Origin: Candidatus Woesearchaeota archaeon
GTDB taxonomy: Archaea > Nanobdellota > Nanobdellia > Woesearchaeales > SKGA01
Assembly (NCBI GenBank): GCA_016926395.1
Contig: JAFGOT010000010.1
Span: 4,218 to 68,217 of the forward strand
DNA: 64,000 bases
Reading direction: 5' to 3'
A model generated the notes under the pieces. It had not been told where the DNA came from. It made no database searches and saw only the letters and a program-made list of their open reading frames with translations. Of the stretch, positions 27,153 through 37,401 are shown in pieces (the stretch's first letter is position 1; each line of letters opens with the position of its first letter). A program made the translations under genes and the position numbers.

Positions 27153-28318
27153 GATACCATCATCAACAAAGCAAACACATCAAGGCAATTCATTCTCTTG
27201 GCCTTAACGCTACTTTAATTGGTTTAGCTTATGCCGCCGTAGAAACAGTTTGGTCAATCTATATTTATTCTTTTTTTCCAAATGAAAGTCAAATGGGTTT
27301 TGTTTCTGCAATTTTTTCTCTGGCAACACTTGCTAGTTTATTGTTTGCATTTCCTTTGTTTAAAAAATTTAGTCCTCATAAATTATTGTTTGCTTCAGTT
27401 GGAATAAACTCAATTATCTTAGCGCTCTTCGCCCACATTCACAGTCCAATAATGCTTATAATATTTGGTACACTTAACGCAATACTAATAGGTGTAAGAG
27501 TTCAAGCATTTGGTGTTTTATTAAGACATAATAGTACTAATAAAAAAATATTTACTGACGAAAAGTATGTTTATCTTTTGATGAACATTGGTTGGATCAT
27601 TGGTCCTTTAGTTGCTGGCTATATTGCAAATACAATAGCGACCAGAGCAGTAATGGTCTTTGCTTCAATAGCATTACTTCTTTCAGTATATTCAATAACT
27701 TACAATCAAAAAACGTTCAGAAAAGAAAAACAGGAACTCAAAGAACACATAAGCATAATTCTTAATATTAAAGATTTTTTCAGAAATAAAAAAAGAATTC
27801 TTGCATATTGTTTAAGTGGTGGTCTTGAGGTTTGGTGGGCAATACCATATATTTTTCTTCCCGTAATTATGATAGAACTTTACGGATTTAACATTAAAAC
27901 TGTAGGGATGTTTTTGTTTGCAATAGAAATTCCTTTAATAATTACAGAATATATAATGCAAAAAAAAGACATAAAGAATATTCGAAAAATAATGGGGATT
28001 GGTTTTTTTATAGCCTCAGCAATGGCTCTTATCGCAGGATTAACAGGCAACATATACATTATTTTAGGTGCTTTTGTAACAGGTAGTTTTGGTATTGGTT
28101 TTGTTGAACCAAATGTTGAAAGTTTTTTCTTTAGTATAACTAAAGAAAAGGAAAGTGAAAGATTTTATGGTTCTTTTATGACTGCTAAACAAGTTGGTTC
28201 TTTTGTTGGAAAAGCAATAGTTGCTACAATTCTTCTTACCCTCCCAATACAAGTAGGTATTTTATCTGTTGGTTTAGTGGTTTTTATTTTAGGAATTTGG
28301 AGCATTAAAGGAAAATGA
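27149..28318 (+). CDS. MFS-type transporter
   Basis: 389-aa ORF with about 11-12 hydrophobic segments. Overlaps the upstream stop by 4 nt. Confidence 0.55.
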   Translation: MRYHHQQSKHIKAIHSLGLNATLIGLAYAAVETVWSIYIYSFFPNESQMGFVSAIFSLATLASLLFAFPLFKKFSPHKLLFASVGINSIILALFAHIHSPIMLIIFGTLNAILIGVRVQAFGVLLRHNSTNKKIFTDEKYVYLLMNIGWIIGPLVAGYIANTIATRAVMVFASIALLLSVYSITYNQKTFRKEKQELKEHISIILNIKDFFRNKKRILAYCLSGGLEVWWAIPYIFLPVIMIELYGFNIKTVGMFLFAIEIPLIITEYIMQKKDIKNIRKIMGIGFFIASAMALIAGLTGNIYIILGAFVTGSFGIGFVEPNVESFFFSITKEKESERFYGSFMTAKQVGSFVGKAIVATILLTLPIQVGILSVGLVVFILGIWSIKGK

Positions 28319-28797
28319 GCGAAACCACTCTTAAAAATATTATTAATCTTCTAAAGTCAAACAACATCGAGTTTGTTCATTTTAATCATGAACCTGTTCC
28401 TAAAGATTCTCTTGGTGCTTCAAAAGTTAGAGGTTTGAGTCCTGATAGTGGAGCAAAGGCTTTAATCTTACAAGGTAAAAGTGGAAAATTTTACCAAACT
28501 GTTCTTTCAGGTCATTTGCGTTTAGACATTAAAAAAGTAAAAAATTTAACAAGTGAAAAAAATATTTCTTTAGCTTCTCCAAACGACGTCCTTGAAGTTA
28601 CTGGTTGCGTTATTGGAACAGTCCCGCCAATGGGTGTTTTGTTTAATATTCCTGTTTATATTGACCATTCATTATTAGAAAAAAAAGAAGTTGTTTTTTC
28701 TGCAGGAACTAGAACCGACACAATCAGAATTAATCCACAAGAATTTGTTAAAATAAACAAAGCAATTGTTGCAGATATAAGCAAACAAGTAGAATAA
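28315..28797 (+). CDS. YbaK/ProX-family aminoacyl-tRNA deacylase domain protein
   Basis: 160-aa ORF with 'GAKALILQGKSGKFYQTVLSGHLRLDIKKV' and 'VTGCVIGTVPPMG'. Confidence 0.7.
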   Translation: MSETTLKNIINLLKSNNIEFVHFNHEPVPKDSLGASKVRGLSPDSGAKALILQGKSGKFYQTVLSGHLRLDIKKVKNLTSEKNISLASPNDVLEVTGCVIGTVPPMGVLFNIPVYIDHSLLEKKEVVFSAGTRTDTIRINPQEFVKINKAIVADISKQVE

Positions 28798-28799
28798 AA

Positions 28800-29408
28800 T
28801 TAAGATTCAGTTTTTGGTTGCATGAATGATCGACTATCTTCAGGTCTCATTCCAGTATAAACTTGTATTAATTGATAGAGGTCTTGACTTGCTTGAATTA
28901 TTTCTCCTTTTGCAGCACCAAAAACTCCTCGGTTTATTCTGTTCCAAAATCTAAAGTGAAAGAATTTTAGTATTGGGTTTGTTTGCCACTCACTATCTTT
29001 TTCTCCCCAATTTGAATGTAAGTAAAACTTAGCTCTTATTCGTATTTCTCCATTATCTAGTTTTTCTTTACTACCATTAATGATTACTTCTTTTTTTGCC
29101 ATCAAAACAGTCTTGAACTCTAGTTTAAGATAAAATTTTAAGAATTTTATACTTCGTTCTTTCTCTAGTTTTGGGTCTCTCATTGCCCTCCACCAGATGT
29201 CGTGATTTAGCATGTTTCCTGGCAAGTGCATTTCATGGTAAAACGATTCAAAATCATCTCCACCGTTTAGATCATACCATTCATTATCAACCATAAAGTC
29301 GTGCATTACTTTGTAGAGTCCTTTTAGGTCAAAGCTTTCCTTTATCGTTAATTCCCATTCACTAAAAGGCCCTCCTTTTAGGACTGAGAAAGGTATTTTT
29401 CCTGCCAT
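28800..29408 (-). CDS. hypothetical soluble protein
   Basis: 202-aa ORF. The start lies 1 nt after the upstream transporter's stop. No motif recognised. Confidence 0.45.
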   Translation of the reverse strand: MAGKIPFSVLKGGPFSEWELTIKESFDLKGLYKVMHDFMVDNEWYDLNGGDDFESFYHEMHLPGNMLNHDIWWRAMRDPKLEKERSIKFLKFYLKLEFKTVLMAKKEVIINGSKEKLDNGEIRIRAKFYLHSNWGEKDSEWQTNPILKFFHFRFWNRINRGVFGAAKGEIIQASQDLYQLIQVYTGMRPEDSRSFMQPKTES

Positions 29409-29409
29409 T

Positions 29410-30843
29410 TTAGAATTGTTGTCTTTTATTTGATTTTATTACTAGCGCAAAATATACTGGCGCCACAATTAGTATTAGTATTCCTACGATTCCCTGAAAA
29501 ACTAATTCAAAGGAGTATGCACTTGCAATCCACGCTCCAATTCCTGATATTATTAGGAAAGGTATTGCTGATATTGATCGCAGTGAATGATAAAATGCTT
29601 TTCTTTCTGATAAAGATAATAATTTTCTAGTTAAAAGTCCTTGAGCCACACCAAGTATGCTTGCTCCAATTATTGCAAGTGATGCCGCAACTAATACTGG
29701 ATAAAATGCTTTATTAAATAATAATATTAAAGGTAATAATGCTAAAAGCAAAGTTCCAAAAACAAACATAGGAGCCAATCCCGCTCTTCTTTGAACAAAT
29801 CTTGTGAATGCAGGTCCAATAAAGGATGCTAGTATTGCAACACCAAAGATTATTGCTACATTTAGAAAACCACCAAAATAGTATTCCCTAAATAATTTGT
29901 AGATAAAATATCCATAAAATGATGCACCAAGTGATTGTACTACGCTTACAAATAATGAAGCCACAAATAATAATTTCATTGTTGCGTTTTGAAGAAATAT
30001 TTTTCTATTGGATTTTAATCCGTGTCTATACTCTCTCCAAAATTCTTTGAAAGGATAATTTTGTTGTGTTATTTCTCTTGTTGGAATGTTTGATAAAATA
30101 AATCCTGATAGAATAAACATTATTGCTGCCAGTTCAAAAATTAAAAAATATCCTGTTAATGGAACTATAAATCCGCTAATATCAATGACCGTTCCTGAAG
30201 GAAACATCTGTAAAAGCCATCCCGAAACTAAAAAGGCTATTGCAGTTATTAACACACCATAATGAGCAACTTCTTTTAGAAATTTTGCTTTTCTTTCATG
30301 TTTTATTTGTTGATCCAATAATTGAGTATAAATTTGACCATATGTTACAATTCCAACACTACCTAATATTACTGATATTGCATATATTGGAATAGATTGT
30401 AGTCTTATTCCAAGCACTATTCCTAAGAAACTAAATCCAAAAAATATTCCTGCAAAAGATAACACGTTTTTACTTAAGGTCCTTACTCGTGAATATTCAT
30501 CAATAAATGCAGATATAAAATCACCTATTACATCTCTAAGTGCATTAACCATTCCAACTAGAAAAGCTCCAGCTCCACTTAAAAAGAAAAAGATTGTTAC
30601 CCATTGATGAGCTCCAAGACCATAACCTATTCTGTCAAGAAACTCTTTTAGTGAAAATGCTCTGTTTAGAAGTTTGTATCTTTTTTTGGTTGATTCAATT
30701 AATTTTTCTTGAGATGCGCCAAGTGCCAAATCGGAATCTACAAGATCATCTTTTTGAATTCTTGATTCAATGTCTTCAAAATCTCCTTGTCGTTCCAGGT
30801 CCGCTTCTAGCTTCTTCTCAACATTATTAATATTGTCGACCAT
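29410..30843 (-). CDS. MFS-like polytopic membrane transporter with hydrophilic N-terminal extension
   Basis: 477-aa ORF with about 12 hydrophobic segments after an acidic leader of roughly 80 aa. Confidence 0.5.
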   Translation of the reverse strand: MVDNINNVEKKLEADLERQGDFEDIESRIQKDDLVDSDLALGASQEKLIESTKKRYKLLNRAFSLKEFLDRIGYGLGAHQWVTIFFFLSGAGAFLVGMVNALRDVIGDFISAFIDEYSRVRTLSKNVLSFAGIFFGFSFLGIVLGIRLQSIPIYAISVILGSVGIVTYGQIYTQLLDQQIKHERKAKFLKEVAHYGVLITAIAFLVSGWLLQMFPSGTVIDISGFIVPLTGYFLIFELAAIMFILSGFILSNIPTREITQQNYPFKEFWREYRHGLKSNRKIFLQNATMKLLFVASLFVSVVQSLGASFYGYFIYKLFREYYFGGFLNVAIIFGVAILASFIGPAFTRFVQRRAGLAPMFVFGTLLLALLPLILLFNKAFYPVLVAASLAIIGASILGVAQGLLTRKLLSLSERKAFYHSLRSISAIPFLIISGIGAWIASAYSFELVFQGIVGILILIVAPVYFALVIKSNKRQQF

Positions 30844-30927
30844 AAGAATTTTGATGAATTTAGCGTATATAAAGGCTTCGCTTCAAAAAACGTTGTTCCT
30901 ATAAAGTAGTTCAATAATTTTTTTCTA

Positions 30928-30944
30928 GAAATATTTATAAAGCA
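30928..30944 (+). promoter_or_regulatory. archaeal TATA promoter
   Basis: 'GAAATATTTATAAAGCA', centred about 30 nt upstream of the ATG at 30967. Confidence 0.45.
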
Positions 30945-30966
30945 AATTTCGTAGTTAAAACTTGTA

Positions 30967-32202
30967 ATGGGAATCGCACGTAGCATTCGTCGAGCAATTG
31001 GACGAGGGGAAAAAACTATTCAACCATCTTGGGTTCTAGATTTGAAGAGTAAAGTTCTAAATGCCCCAAAAATATCATCATATCATAATGGCAAAGAGGA
31101 AGTTATTCTTGTTGGCACTCAAGAAGGAAAATTGTATCAAATGCAAAGCAATGGTCGTGTTATGTGGACATTTAATGCAGGCAATACATTAAGCGAACAA
31201 GAACTAATGTTTGTCGATTCTGAAACAGTCAATAGCATCAACACCGTCCCGTTAGTAGCAATGCTTGGAACTACTCAAGTCATTTTATTTGGAACTGAAT
31301 CAGGCTCCCTTTTTTGTATAAACACGGAAGGTAAGCAAATTTGGAAAGGAACAACACAAGGCCCTATTAGAGGTCAACCAATCCTTAGTAATTTTAAAGG
31401 AAAAGAAAGCGTTATTGTTGGTTCAAATGATGGTAATGTCTATTTATTCTCTCACAAAGGAGAAATTATAGAAGTTATAGAATTAGAATCTCCTGTCGAA
31501 ACTAGTCCCCTCCATACAAAAGAAATGCTTATTGTTGGAACTAGAGAAGGAGAAGTTATTGCAATTAACAAAGAAAGTGAAATTGCTTGGAGATTTAAAA
31601 CAGAAGATCGGATCACCGCAAATATTATTCCAGCGATTCTTAGCGAAAAAGGTGGCGAAGTTCTCCTAGTAGCCTCGCAAGACAATACACTGTATGCATT
31701 AAATTTTGAGGGAGAAGCACAATGGACTTTTCCAACTGAAGGAGCCCTTATTTCAGAAGTTGTTGCTCAAGATATAAATGGCGATAACAAAAAAGAAATT
31801 ATTTTTGGGTCATGTGACAACAAAATTTATTGTATTGATGCTAATGGCGAGCTTATCTGGTCTTATGAAACTGATTTTTGGGTTACAGCAACGCCTATTG
31901 TTGCTGATATTGACAAAGACGGAACAATAGAAGTCGTCGCAGGCAGTTATGACCACAAGGTCTATGTTCTTGATAGTCAGGGTGATTATAAATTAGATTA
32001 TATCCCTGGTCTTGGCGGAGTAGTTAACCAGTCAGGCCATTATTCAAACACGATGCACACAGAAGTTGGAAAAAATCAAGGAAAACTCTTCTGCACTTAT
32101 TCGTTAGAAGGAAATATCGTTGGTGCTGCATTAAGTGGCTCTGGAGCAATAATTGCGAACACCAAACAGGGCAAAGTTTATAATATAAGAGTTGACTATT
32201 AA
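30967..32202 (+). CDS. PQQ-like / FG-GAP beta-propeller repeat protein
   Basis: 411-aa ORF with repeated 'G.(L/V)Y.(I/L)(D/N)..G...W' blades, e.g. 'DNKIYCIDANGELIWSY' and 'DHKVYVLDSQGD'. Confidence 0.7.
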   Translation: MGIARSIRRAIGRGEKTIQPSWVLDLKSKVLNAPKISSYHNGKEEVILVGTQEGKLYQMQSNGRVMWTFNAGNTLSEQELMFVDSETVNSINTVPLVAMLGTTQVILFGTESGSLFCINTEGKQIWKGTTQGPIRGQPILSNFKGKESVIVGSNDGNVYLFSHKGEIIEVIELESPVETSPLHTKEMLIVGTREGEVIAINKESEIAWRFKTEDRITANIIPAILSEKGGEVLLVASQDNTLYALNFEGEAQWTFPTEGALISEVVAQDINGDNKKEIIFGSCDNKIYCIDANGELIWSYETDFWVTATPIVADIDKDGTIEVVAGSYDHKVYVLDSQGDYKLDYIPGLGGVVNQSGHYSNTMHTEVGKNQGKLFCTYSLEGNIVGAALSGSGAIIANTKQGKVYNIRVDY

Positions 32203-32224
32203 GAGTAAAAAGAGGTAATTGGGT

Positions 32225-33040
32225 ATGGTTGAGCCTATAGTAAGAAATAAAGACGAAATCGTTCGTATCAAAACACACATTCAAGGTTTTGACGAAAAAA
32301 TGCAGGGAGGAATCCCTAGAGGACACATTACACTTATTGCAGGTTCTGCAGGAACCATGAAATCTTCTCTATCATTTAACATATTATATCATGAAGCTCT
32401 TTTAAACAACCGTGTTGGATTATATCTATCTCTTGAACAATCATATTCTTCAATTATTAATCATGTTATCAACATGGATTATGACCTAACAAAAATTAAT
32501 TTAGTTGTTGTTAGAGAATTATCTCAACTACCACAAGAAGTTGAAAAAGTAAATGCTTCTAAAAAAGGAAGTTTAATCATTGTCGACATTGGTTGTGTTA
32601 GAAAAGAAATCAAAGATGTCCGAGTTGATGAGAACAGAAGTTGGCTTAATGTTCTTAAAAATGTAGTTAAAAAAATAAAAGAACAATCAAGACTTGACTT
32701 ATTTGTATTAGACTCAATGAGTGCTCTTCATACATTATCCAAATTTAAAAATCCTAGAATTGAAATTTTCTATGTTTTTGAGTTCTTAAGAGATTTAAAT
32801 ATAACTTCTTTCGTCCTAACTGAAACTCCTCTTGACGGTTCTAAGATTGGTGATTTCGATGAAGACTTTTTATCAGATGGTATCATATACATTAGATTAA
32901 CATCTTATCGTCGAAAACAAATTCGAGAAATCAGTGTTTTAAAAATGAGAACAACTAGCTGTGATCATGACACATATAGTCTTGAATTTAAAGGCGGAAA
33001 CTTTGTTGCAGCATATGGTGGACAAAACCCACTCATGTAA
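32225..33040 (+). CDS. KaiC/RecA-superfamily ATPase-like protein with atypical Walker A
   Basis: 'THIQGFDEKMQGGIPRGHITLIAGSAGTMKSSLS' has a Walker A with Met where the Gly preceding Lys is expected. Walker B-like 'LFVLDSMSAL'. The ATG at 32225 lies 8 nt after SD AGAGGT. Confidence 0.65.
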   Translation: MVEPIVRNKDEIVRIKTHIQGFDEKMQGGIPRGHITLIAGSAGTMKSSLSFNILYHEALLNNRVGLYLSLEQSYSSIINHVINMDYDLTKINLVVVRELSQLPQEVEKVNASKKGSLIIVDIGCVRKEIKDVRVDENRSWLNVLKNVVKKIKEQSRLDLFVLDSMSALHTLSKFKNPRIEIFYVFEFLRDLNITSFVLTETPLDGSKIGDFDEDFLSDGIIYIRLTSYRRKQIREISVLKMRTTSCDHDTYSLEFKGGNFVAAYGGQNPLM

Positions 33041-33110
33041 ATAACAACCATTCTGTAAATTTTTTATTTCTAATTTTATACTGTTTATATAATTTAAAAA
33101 AGAAATTTGC

Positions 33111-33127
33111 AAAGCTATTTATACTAA
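33111..33127 (+). promoter_or_regulatory. archaeal TATA promoter for mre11
   Basis: 'AAAGCTATTTATACTAA', centred about 26 nt upstream of the ATG at 33146. Confidence 0.45.
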
Positions 33128-33145
33128 ACAAACATCTCTAATTTT

Positions 33146-34375
33146 ATGCGTTTTATTCATGTTGCTGATTGTCACTTGGATGGTTTTCGTGAGGAGAAAT
33201 TATCAAAATTAGGATTTCAAAATTTCATTTATATAATTGATAAATGCATTGAAGAAGATATTGATTTTTTGATAATTGCGGGCGATTTATTTAACAGCGC
33301 TCTTCCAAGAATTGATGTTTTAAAACAAACTATTGCACAGCTTAGAAGATTACAACATAATGAAATTCCTGTTTATTTTATTCCCGGAAGTCATGATTTT
33401 TCCCCCCAAGGTCGAAGCATGCTCGAGATAATTGAGCTTGCAGGCCTTGGCCATAATGTTATGAAAGGCGAAGTAGATGAAGAAGGTAAACTTCATCTGA
33501 ATTTAACTATTGATAAAAAAACTTCTTGCCAGCTTGTAGGCATTCAAGGTAAAAAAGGAATGCTTGATAAGAAATACTATGAACAACTAGCTCCAATAAC
33601 AATAGATAAATCAAAACCATCCGTATTCTTATTTCATACATCCATCACTCAGCTTAAACCTAAAGAACTTGACAAAATGGAAAGTTATGATGCAACACTT
33701 CTCCCTCCTAATTTTGACTATTACGCAGGCGGTCATGTTCATATAACAGAAGAAATAACACATCCAACAAATCCTAAAGCACACATCACATATCCCGGAC
33801 CGACGTTTCCCAACAGTTTTTCCGAACTTGAAAAATTAAAAGAAGGATATTACATTCTCTATGATAACGAAAATGGAAGTGAGGTTCCATGGAAGCGTGT
33901 ATCAATTCCTTCAAAACGCGTTTTGAGCTTGAATTTTGATGCAAATAATTTGACTCCCCATCAGGTAGAAGAAAACCTTTTATCTGAAATTGAAAAATTA
34001 GAAGTATCAAACTCAATAGTTCTTTTGCGTTTTGTTGGAACTCTTATTGAAGGCAAAACCACAGATATAGATTTTAAAAATATTTTTCGTGAACTCTACG
34101 ACAATGGTGCTTACACTGTTTTGAAAAACACACATAATTTAACAAGTAAAATATTTGAAGAGAATCAAAGCGACCATTCTTTATCTGCAAAAGAGATTGA
34201 AGAGGATGCAATCAAAGAACATCTTAATCAATTCAAACTTCCTGAGAATTTAAACGAACAAGAAGTTATTAGCGAATTATTACGACAATTAGATCAAGAA
34301 CCAATCGATGGCGAGAAAAAACACACATTTAATGATAGAATAATAGAACAGTCAAAACTTATTCTTGAAAAATAA
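33146..34375 (+). CDS. mre11: Mre11/SbcD-type DNA repair metallophosphoesterase
   Basis: 409-aa ORF with phosphoesterase motifs 'FIHVADCHLDG', 'IIAGDLFN', 'IPGSHDF', 'GGHVH'. Confidence 0.8.
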   Translation: MRFIHVADCHLDGFREEKLSKLGFQNFIYIIDKCIEEDIDFLIIAGDLFNSALPRIDVLKQTIAQLRRLQHNEIPVYFIPGSHDFSPQGRSMLEIIELAGLGHNVMKGEVDEEGKLHLNLTIDKKTSCQLVGIQGKKGMLDKKYYEQLAPITIDKSKPSVFLFHTSITQLKPKELDKMESYDATLLPPNFDYYAGGHVHITEEITHPTNPKAHITYPGPTFPNSFSELEKLKEGYYILYDNENGSEVPWKRVSIPSKRVLSLNFDANNLTPHQVEENLLSEIEKLEVSNSIVLLRFVGTLIEGKTTDIDFKNIFRELYDNGAYTVLKNTHNLTSKIFEENQSDHSLSAKEIEEDAIKEHLNQFKLPENLNEQEVISELLRQLDQEPIDGEKKHTFNDRIIEQSKLILEK

Positions 34376-34376
34376 T

Positions 34377-34898
34377 TTATTGTAAAAATTCAACTAAATC
34401 AACAAATTCAATTTCTTCTCTTGTTGCTTTCAAATCTTTAAAAGTGAATTCTTGTGTTTGCTTGTCAAATGCAACGCAACAGTCTTTAACAACAGTTATT
34501 TCAAAATCTCTATCGTAAGCATCTTGAACTAAACTTCTAACACAAAGATTTGTTAGTATTCCGCAAATAACAATCTCATCAACATCTTCTAACTCTTTTT
34601 CTAAATTTGTGTTATAAAAAGAACTTATCTTATTCTTTGTAATAATAACATCTTCTTTTTGTATATCTATTTCCGACATTATTTTAATATTTTTAGAATT
34701 AGGTGCGAAAGCATCATCGGACTCTTCTTCTACGTGTTGGGTAAAAATTATTTTATATCCTTTCTCTCGACAAAAACTAATTAATTTATTGGTATTATCA
34801 AGCTCTTTAGAAATGTCTCCCACATAATAATCAGAGTTCTCATCAAGCCATTCATTTTGATAATCAACTAAAATTAACGCTTTTGTCATATTGTTCAC
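34377..34898 (-). CDS. isochorismatase-family cysteine hydrolase (nicotinamidase-like)
   Basis: 173-aa ORF with 'ALILVDYQNEW' and 'ICGILTNLCVRSLVQDAYDRDFEITVVKDC'. Confidence 0.8.
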   Translation of the reverse strand: MNNMTKALILVDYQNEWLDENSDYYVGDISKELDNTNKLISFCREKGYKIIFTQHVEEESDDAFAPNSKNIKIMSEIDIQKEDVIITKNKISSFYNTNLEKELEDVDEIVICGILTNLCVRSLVQDAYDRDFEITVVKDCCVAFDKQTQEFTFKDLKATREEIEFVDLVEFLQ

Positions 34899-34907
34899 CT
34901 ATTGAAC

Positions 34908-36023
34908 TTAAATAATCGCATCTTTTATTTTAATTTTTTGTTCTTGCAGTTGTTTATCAAAAGAATCATATGTTAACCAAGAAGCATAAGTCCTACTAAA
35001 TAAATAATAATCAGAATCAGATATAACAGAATCAATCCAAGAGAGGATAGAATCATCAGTATAAGTTTTATTTGTCAATAAAAAAACATTGCTATTAATT
35101 TGATTAATATTTCCTCGAAATGAACCATCTTGAGGTTCTATTAAAAAGGCACCATCCAAATCATCCAAATCTGAAGATGATAAAATAGGTTTTTCAGTAA
35201 AAGCAAGCATACAACGACCTGCAACATTTCCTAACACAGGGTCATAAAGGGCGCCGCAAACAATATTTGGATAAGTAAAATTCTCAATAGTGACTAAAGC
35301 CACGTCATCTAAATACCATGTACGAGCGTTATTAAGCCAATATTTTCTAGTGTCCGAATCATCATTAGGAAGAGTCCATCCTTTCAAAACAACAGATTTG
35401 CCTTCGCATTGAGACAAAACATAATTATATTCTGCCTTATAAAATAATGAATAATCTTCACAGTCACCACCATTATTATCTAAGAATTCTGTTAAAGAGC
35501 TTAGTTTATCTTCTTTACTGTATGTCTCGTTATCATAATGATAACTCAAGTCAAAGTATTCTGAGTTTAATAAATAAAAACAGCCTAATTTTATTTCACA
35601 TGTATTTTGCTTAATTTCAAAACAATAAGAATCCAATCGAGATTTTATTCGTTCTTCTGTTTTCGACTGCCCTAAAACGGAATTTTTCTTATACCAAGAT
35701 AACGCATTTTGTATTTCTGTTTGATAAGTATTTATCGCACCAATAATGTCAGCAGATTCTTTTTTTAATCCATCGTAATCATTTTTAGCATCTGCTAAAT
35801 TAGTTTCCAAATTCAATTTTTGAGAATTTAAAACAGCATAAGAATCATTCAAAGAACTAAATTTATTTTCTAAAGTAGACAGCTCATATTTATATGAGTC
35901 TATAGTTTGATTTAAAGAATTAATTTTTACCATTAAAAAAGCAAACACACAAAGAAACAATATCACAAAAACCATAAATAAATCAAAAGAGATTGTTGAT
36001 TTGGATTTTGTTTTCCTTGACAT
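34908..36023 (-). CDS. N-terminally anchored protein with coiled coil and globular ectodomain
   Basis: 371-aa ORF. TM helix 'LFMVFVILFLCVFAFLMV', then a heptad-rich stretch. It has a 'GGDCEDYSLFY' motif, but I see no matching His (see rejected list). Confidence 0.5.
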   Translation of the reverse strand: MSRKTKSKSTISFDLFMVFVILFLCVFAFLMVKINSLNQTIDSYKYELSTLENKFSSLNDSYAVLNSQKLNLETNLADAKNDYDGLKKESADIIGAINTYQTEIQNALSWYKKNSVLGQSKTEERIKSRLDSYCFEIKQNTCEIKLGCFYLLNSEYFDLSYHYDNETYSKEDKLSSLTEFLDNNGGDCEDYSLFYKAEYNYVLSQCEGKSVVLKGWTLPNDDSDTRKYWLNNARTWYLDDVALVTIENFTYPNIVCGALYDPVLGNVAGRCMLAFTEKPILSSSDLDDLDGAFLIEPQDGSFRGNINQINSNVFLLTNKTYTDDSILSWIDSVISDSDYYLFSRTYASWLTYDSFDKQLQEQKIKIKDAII

Positions 36024-36040
36024 ATATTAAAACTAATCAA

Positions 36041-36058
36041 AGAAGTATTTAAATCTTT
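36041..36058 (-). promoter_or_regulatory. archaeal BRE/TATA promoter core
   Basis: 'AGAAGTATTTAAATCTTT', centred about 27 nt upstream of the ATG at 36023. Confidence 0.45.
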
Positions 36059-36071
36059 CACACCAAATAGG

Positions 36072-36117
36072 ATAAATAAAAAAGAAAAAGAAAAAAGTTC
36101 AAACCTTAAGGTTTGAA
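36072..36117 (-). terminator. hairpin plus poly-U terminator at the asnS stop codon
   Basis: The minus strand reads UUCAAACC-UUAA-GGUUUGAA (8-bp stem including the TAA stop), followed by C-U6-C-U5-C-U6. Confidence 0.55.
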
Positions 36118-37401
36118 ACGCAACATTGTACGCGGGAATGGAATACAATCTTTAATATTCTCTGTTCCAGTTATCCATTGCAACACTCTTTCTGTTCCAA
36201 CACCATAACCTGAATGAGGAACACTTCCCATTCGTCTAAGGTCCATATACCAAGAGTATTGTGTGATATCTTCACCATCAGCTGCTAATCGTTCTTCCAT
36301 ATCTTTTACATCAAGACTCCGTTCACTACCACCAACTATTTCTATTCCTATTTGCGGAGCTAGCATGTCAAAACATAATGCTTCGTCAGGGTTTTCTGGA
36401 TCACGTGGTTTGTAAAATCCCATTGCTTCAACAGGATAATGTGTGACGCATACAGGAGTATCAAAGTGACTCATTATTGCTTTCTCTTCTTCAGTACGCA
36501 AATCTTTTCCAAATGGGACTTCAATACCATCTTTTTCTTTGATTAAAGCGAGAGCTTCTCGGTACTTTATTGTTGGCCATTCCCTTTCTGTCATTGCTAT
36601 TAGTGCATCAGGGTCTTGTTCCAAAATAATAAAGTCATCTCTACAACGTTCTGCAGTTTGTTTAATACAATACTTTAGTTCTTTCTTTGCAAATTCACTA
36701 ACGTCTTTTAGTTTAAACCATGCAGCTTCCATTTCAGCCATCCAAAACTCGCTTAAATGTCTTGAAGTTTTAGATTTTTCAGCACGAAATGTAGGACCAA
36801 AGTTGTAGATTTTTTCTAGTGCAAATATCCCTGCTTCACCATAGAATTGCCATGTTTGTGCAAGATAAGTTTTTTCTTGATAGTATTTTACTTCAAAAAT
36901 TGTACTTCCACCTTCTGATTGTGTTGGTTGAAGGATCGGTGTGTCGAATCTAAAGAATCCTTCCTCTCTAAAGAATTGTTCTCTAGCTTGAACGTATGCA
37001 CTTCTTATTCTAAGAATTGCTGCTTGCTTTCTTGTTCGAATACTTAAGTGTCTATTGTCAAGAAGAAATTCTGGTGATTGATCTTGTCCAAGTGGAAAGT
37101 CTGCACATTCTCCAACTACAGAGAATTCCTTAACAGCAACTTCATATCCTCCAGGAGCTCTATCGTCTTTTTTGATAGTTCCAGATACTTCGATACTGGC
37201 TTCTAGTCGTAGTTTATCAGCTACTAAAAATGCTTCTTCGCCAATAACTTCTTTTTCAATCACTAATTGAATAATATCAGCAGAGTCTCTAAGAACAACA
37301 AATTTTAGTTTCTTACTTCCTCTTTCTCGATATACCCAACCTCTAAGGGAGACTTCCCCAGTTCCTTGTGATTTTGCTTCTTTTATTGAAATAAATTCCA
37401 T
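36106..37401 (-). CDS. asnS: asparaginyl-tRNA synthetase
   Basis: 431-aa class IIb synthetase. 'GPTFRAEKSKTSRHLSEFWMAEMEAAW' (the EFWM.E.E pattern is AsnRS-like) and 'SGYGVGTERVLQWITGTENIKDCIPFPR'. Confidence 0.8.
   Translation of the reverse strand: MEFISIKEAKSQGTGEVSLRGWVYRERGSKKLKFVVLRDSADIIQLVIEKEVIGEEAFLVADKLRLEASIEVSGTIKKDDRAPGGYEVAVKEFSVVGECADFPLGQDQSPEFLLDNRHLSIRTRKQAAILRIRSAYVQAREQFFREEGFFRFDTPILQPTQSEGGSTIFEVKYYQEKTYLAQTWQFYGEAGIFALEKIYNFGPTFRAEKSKTSRHLSEFWMAEMEAAWFKLKDVSEFAKKELKYCIKQTAERCRDDFIILEQDPDALIAMTEREWPTIKYREALALIKEKDGIEVPFGKDLRTEEEKAIMSHFDTPVCVTHYPVEAMGFYKPRDPENPDEALCFDMLAPQIGIEIVGGSERSLDVKDMEERLAADGEDITQYSWYMDLRRMGSVPHSGYGVGTERVLQWITGTENIKDCIPFPRTMLRFKP

Noticed and set aside
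34908-36023. Transglutaminase-like cysteine protease call from the 'GGDCEDYSLFY' motif
   Set aside because: No His occurs anywhere downstream of the Cys, and the position expected for 'GHAW' reads 'GRCM'. A Cys-His-Asp triad therefore cannot be assembled. Kept as hypothetical.
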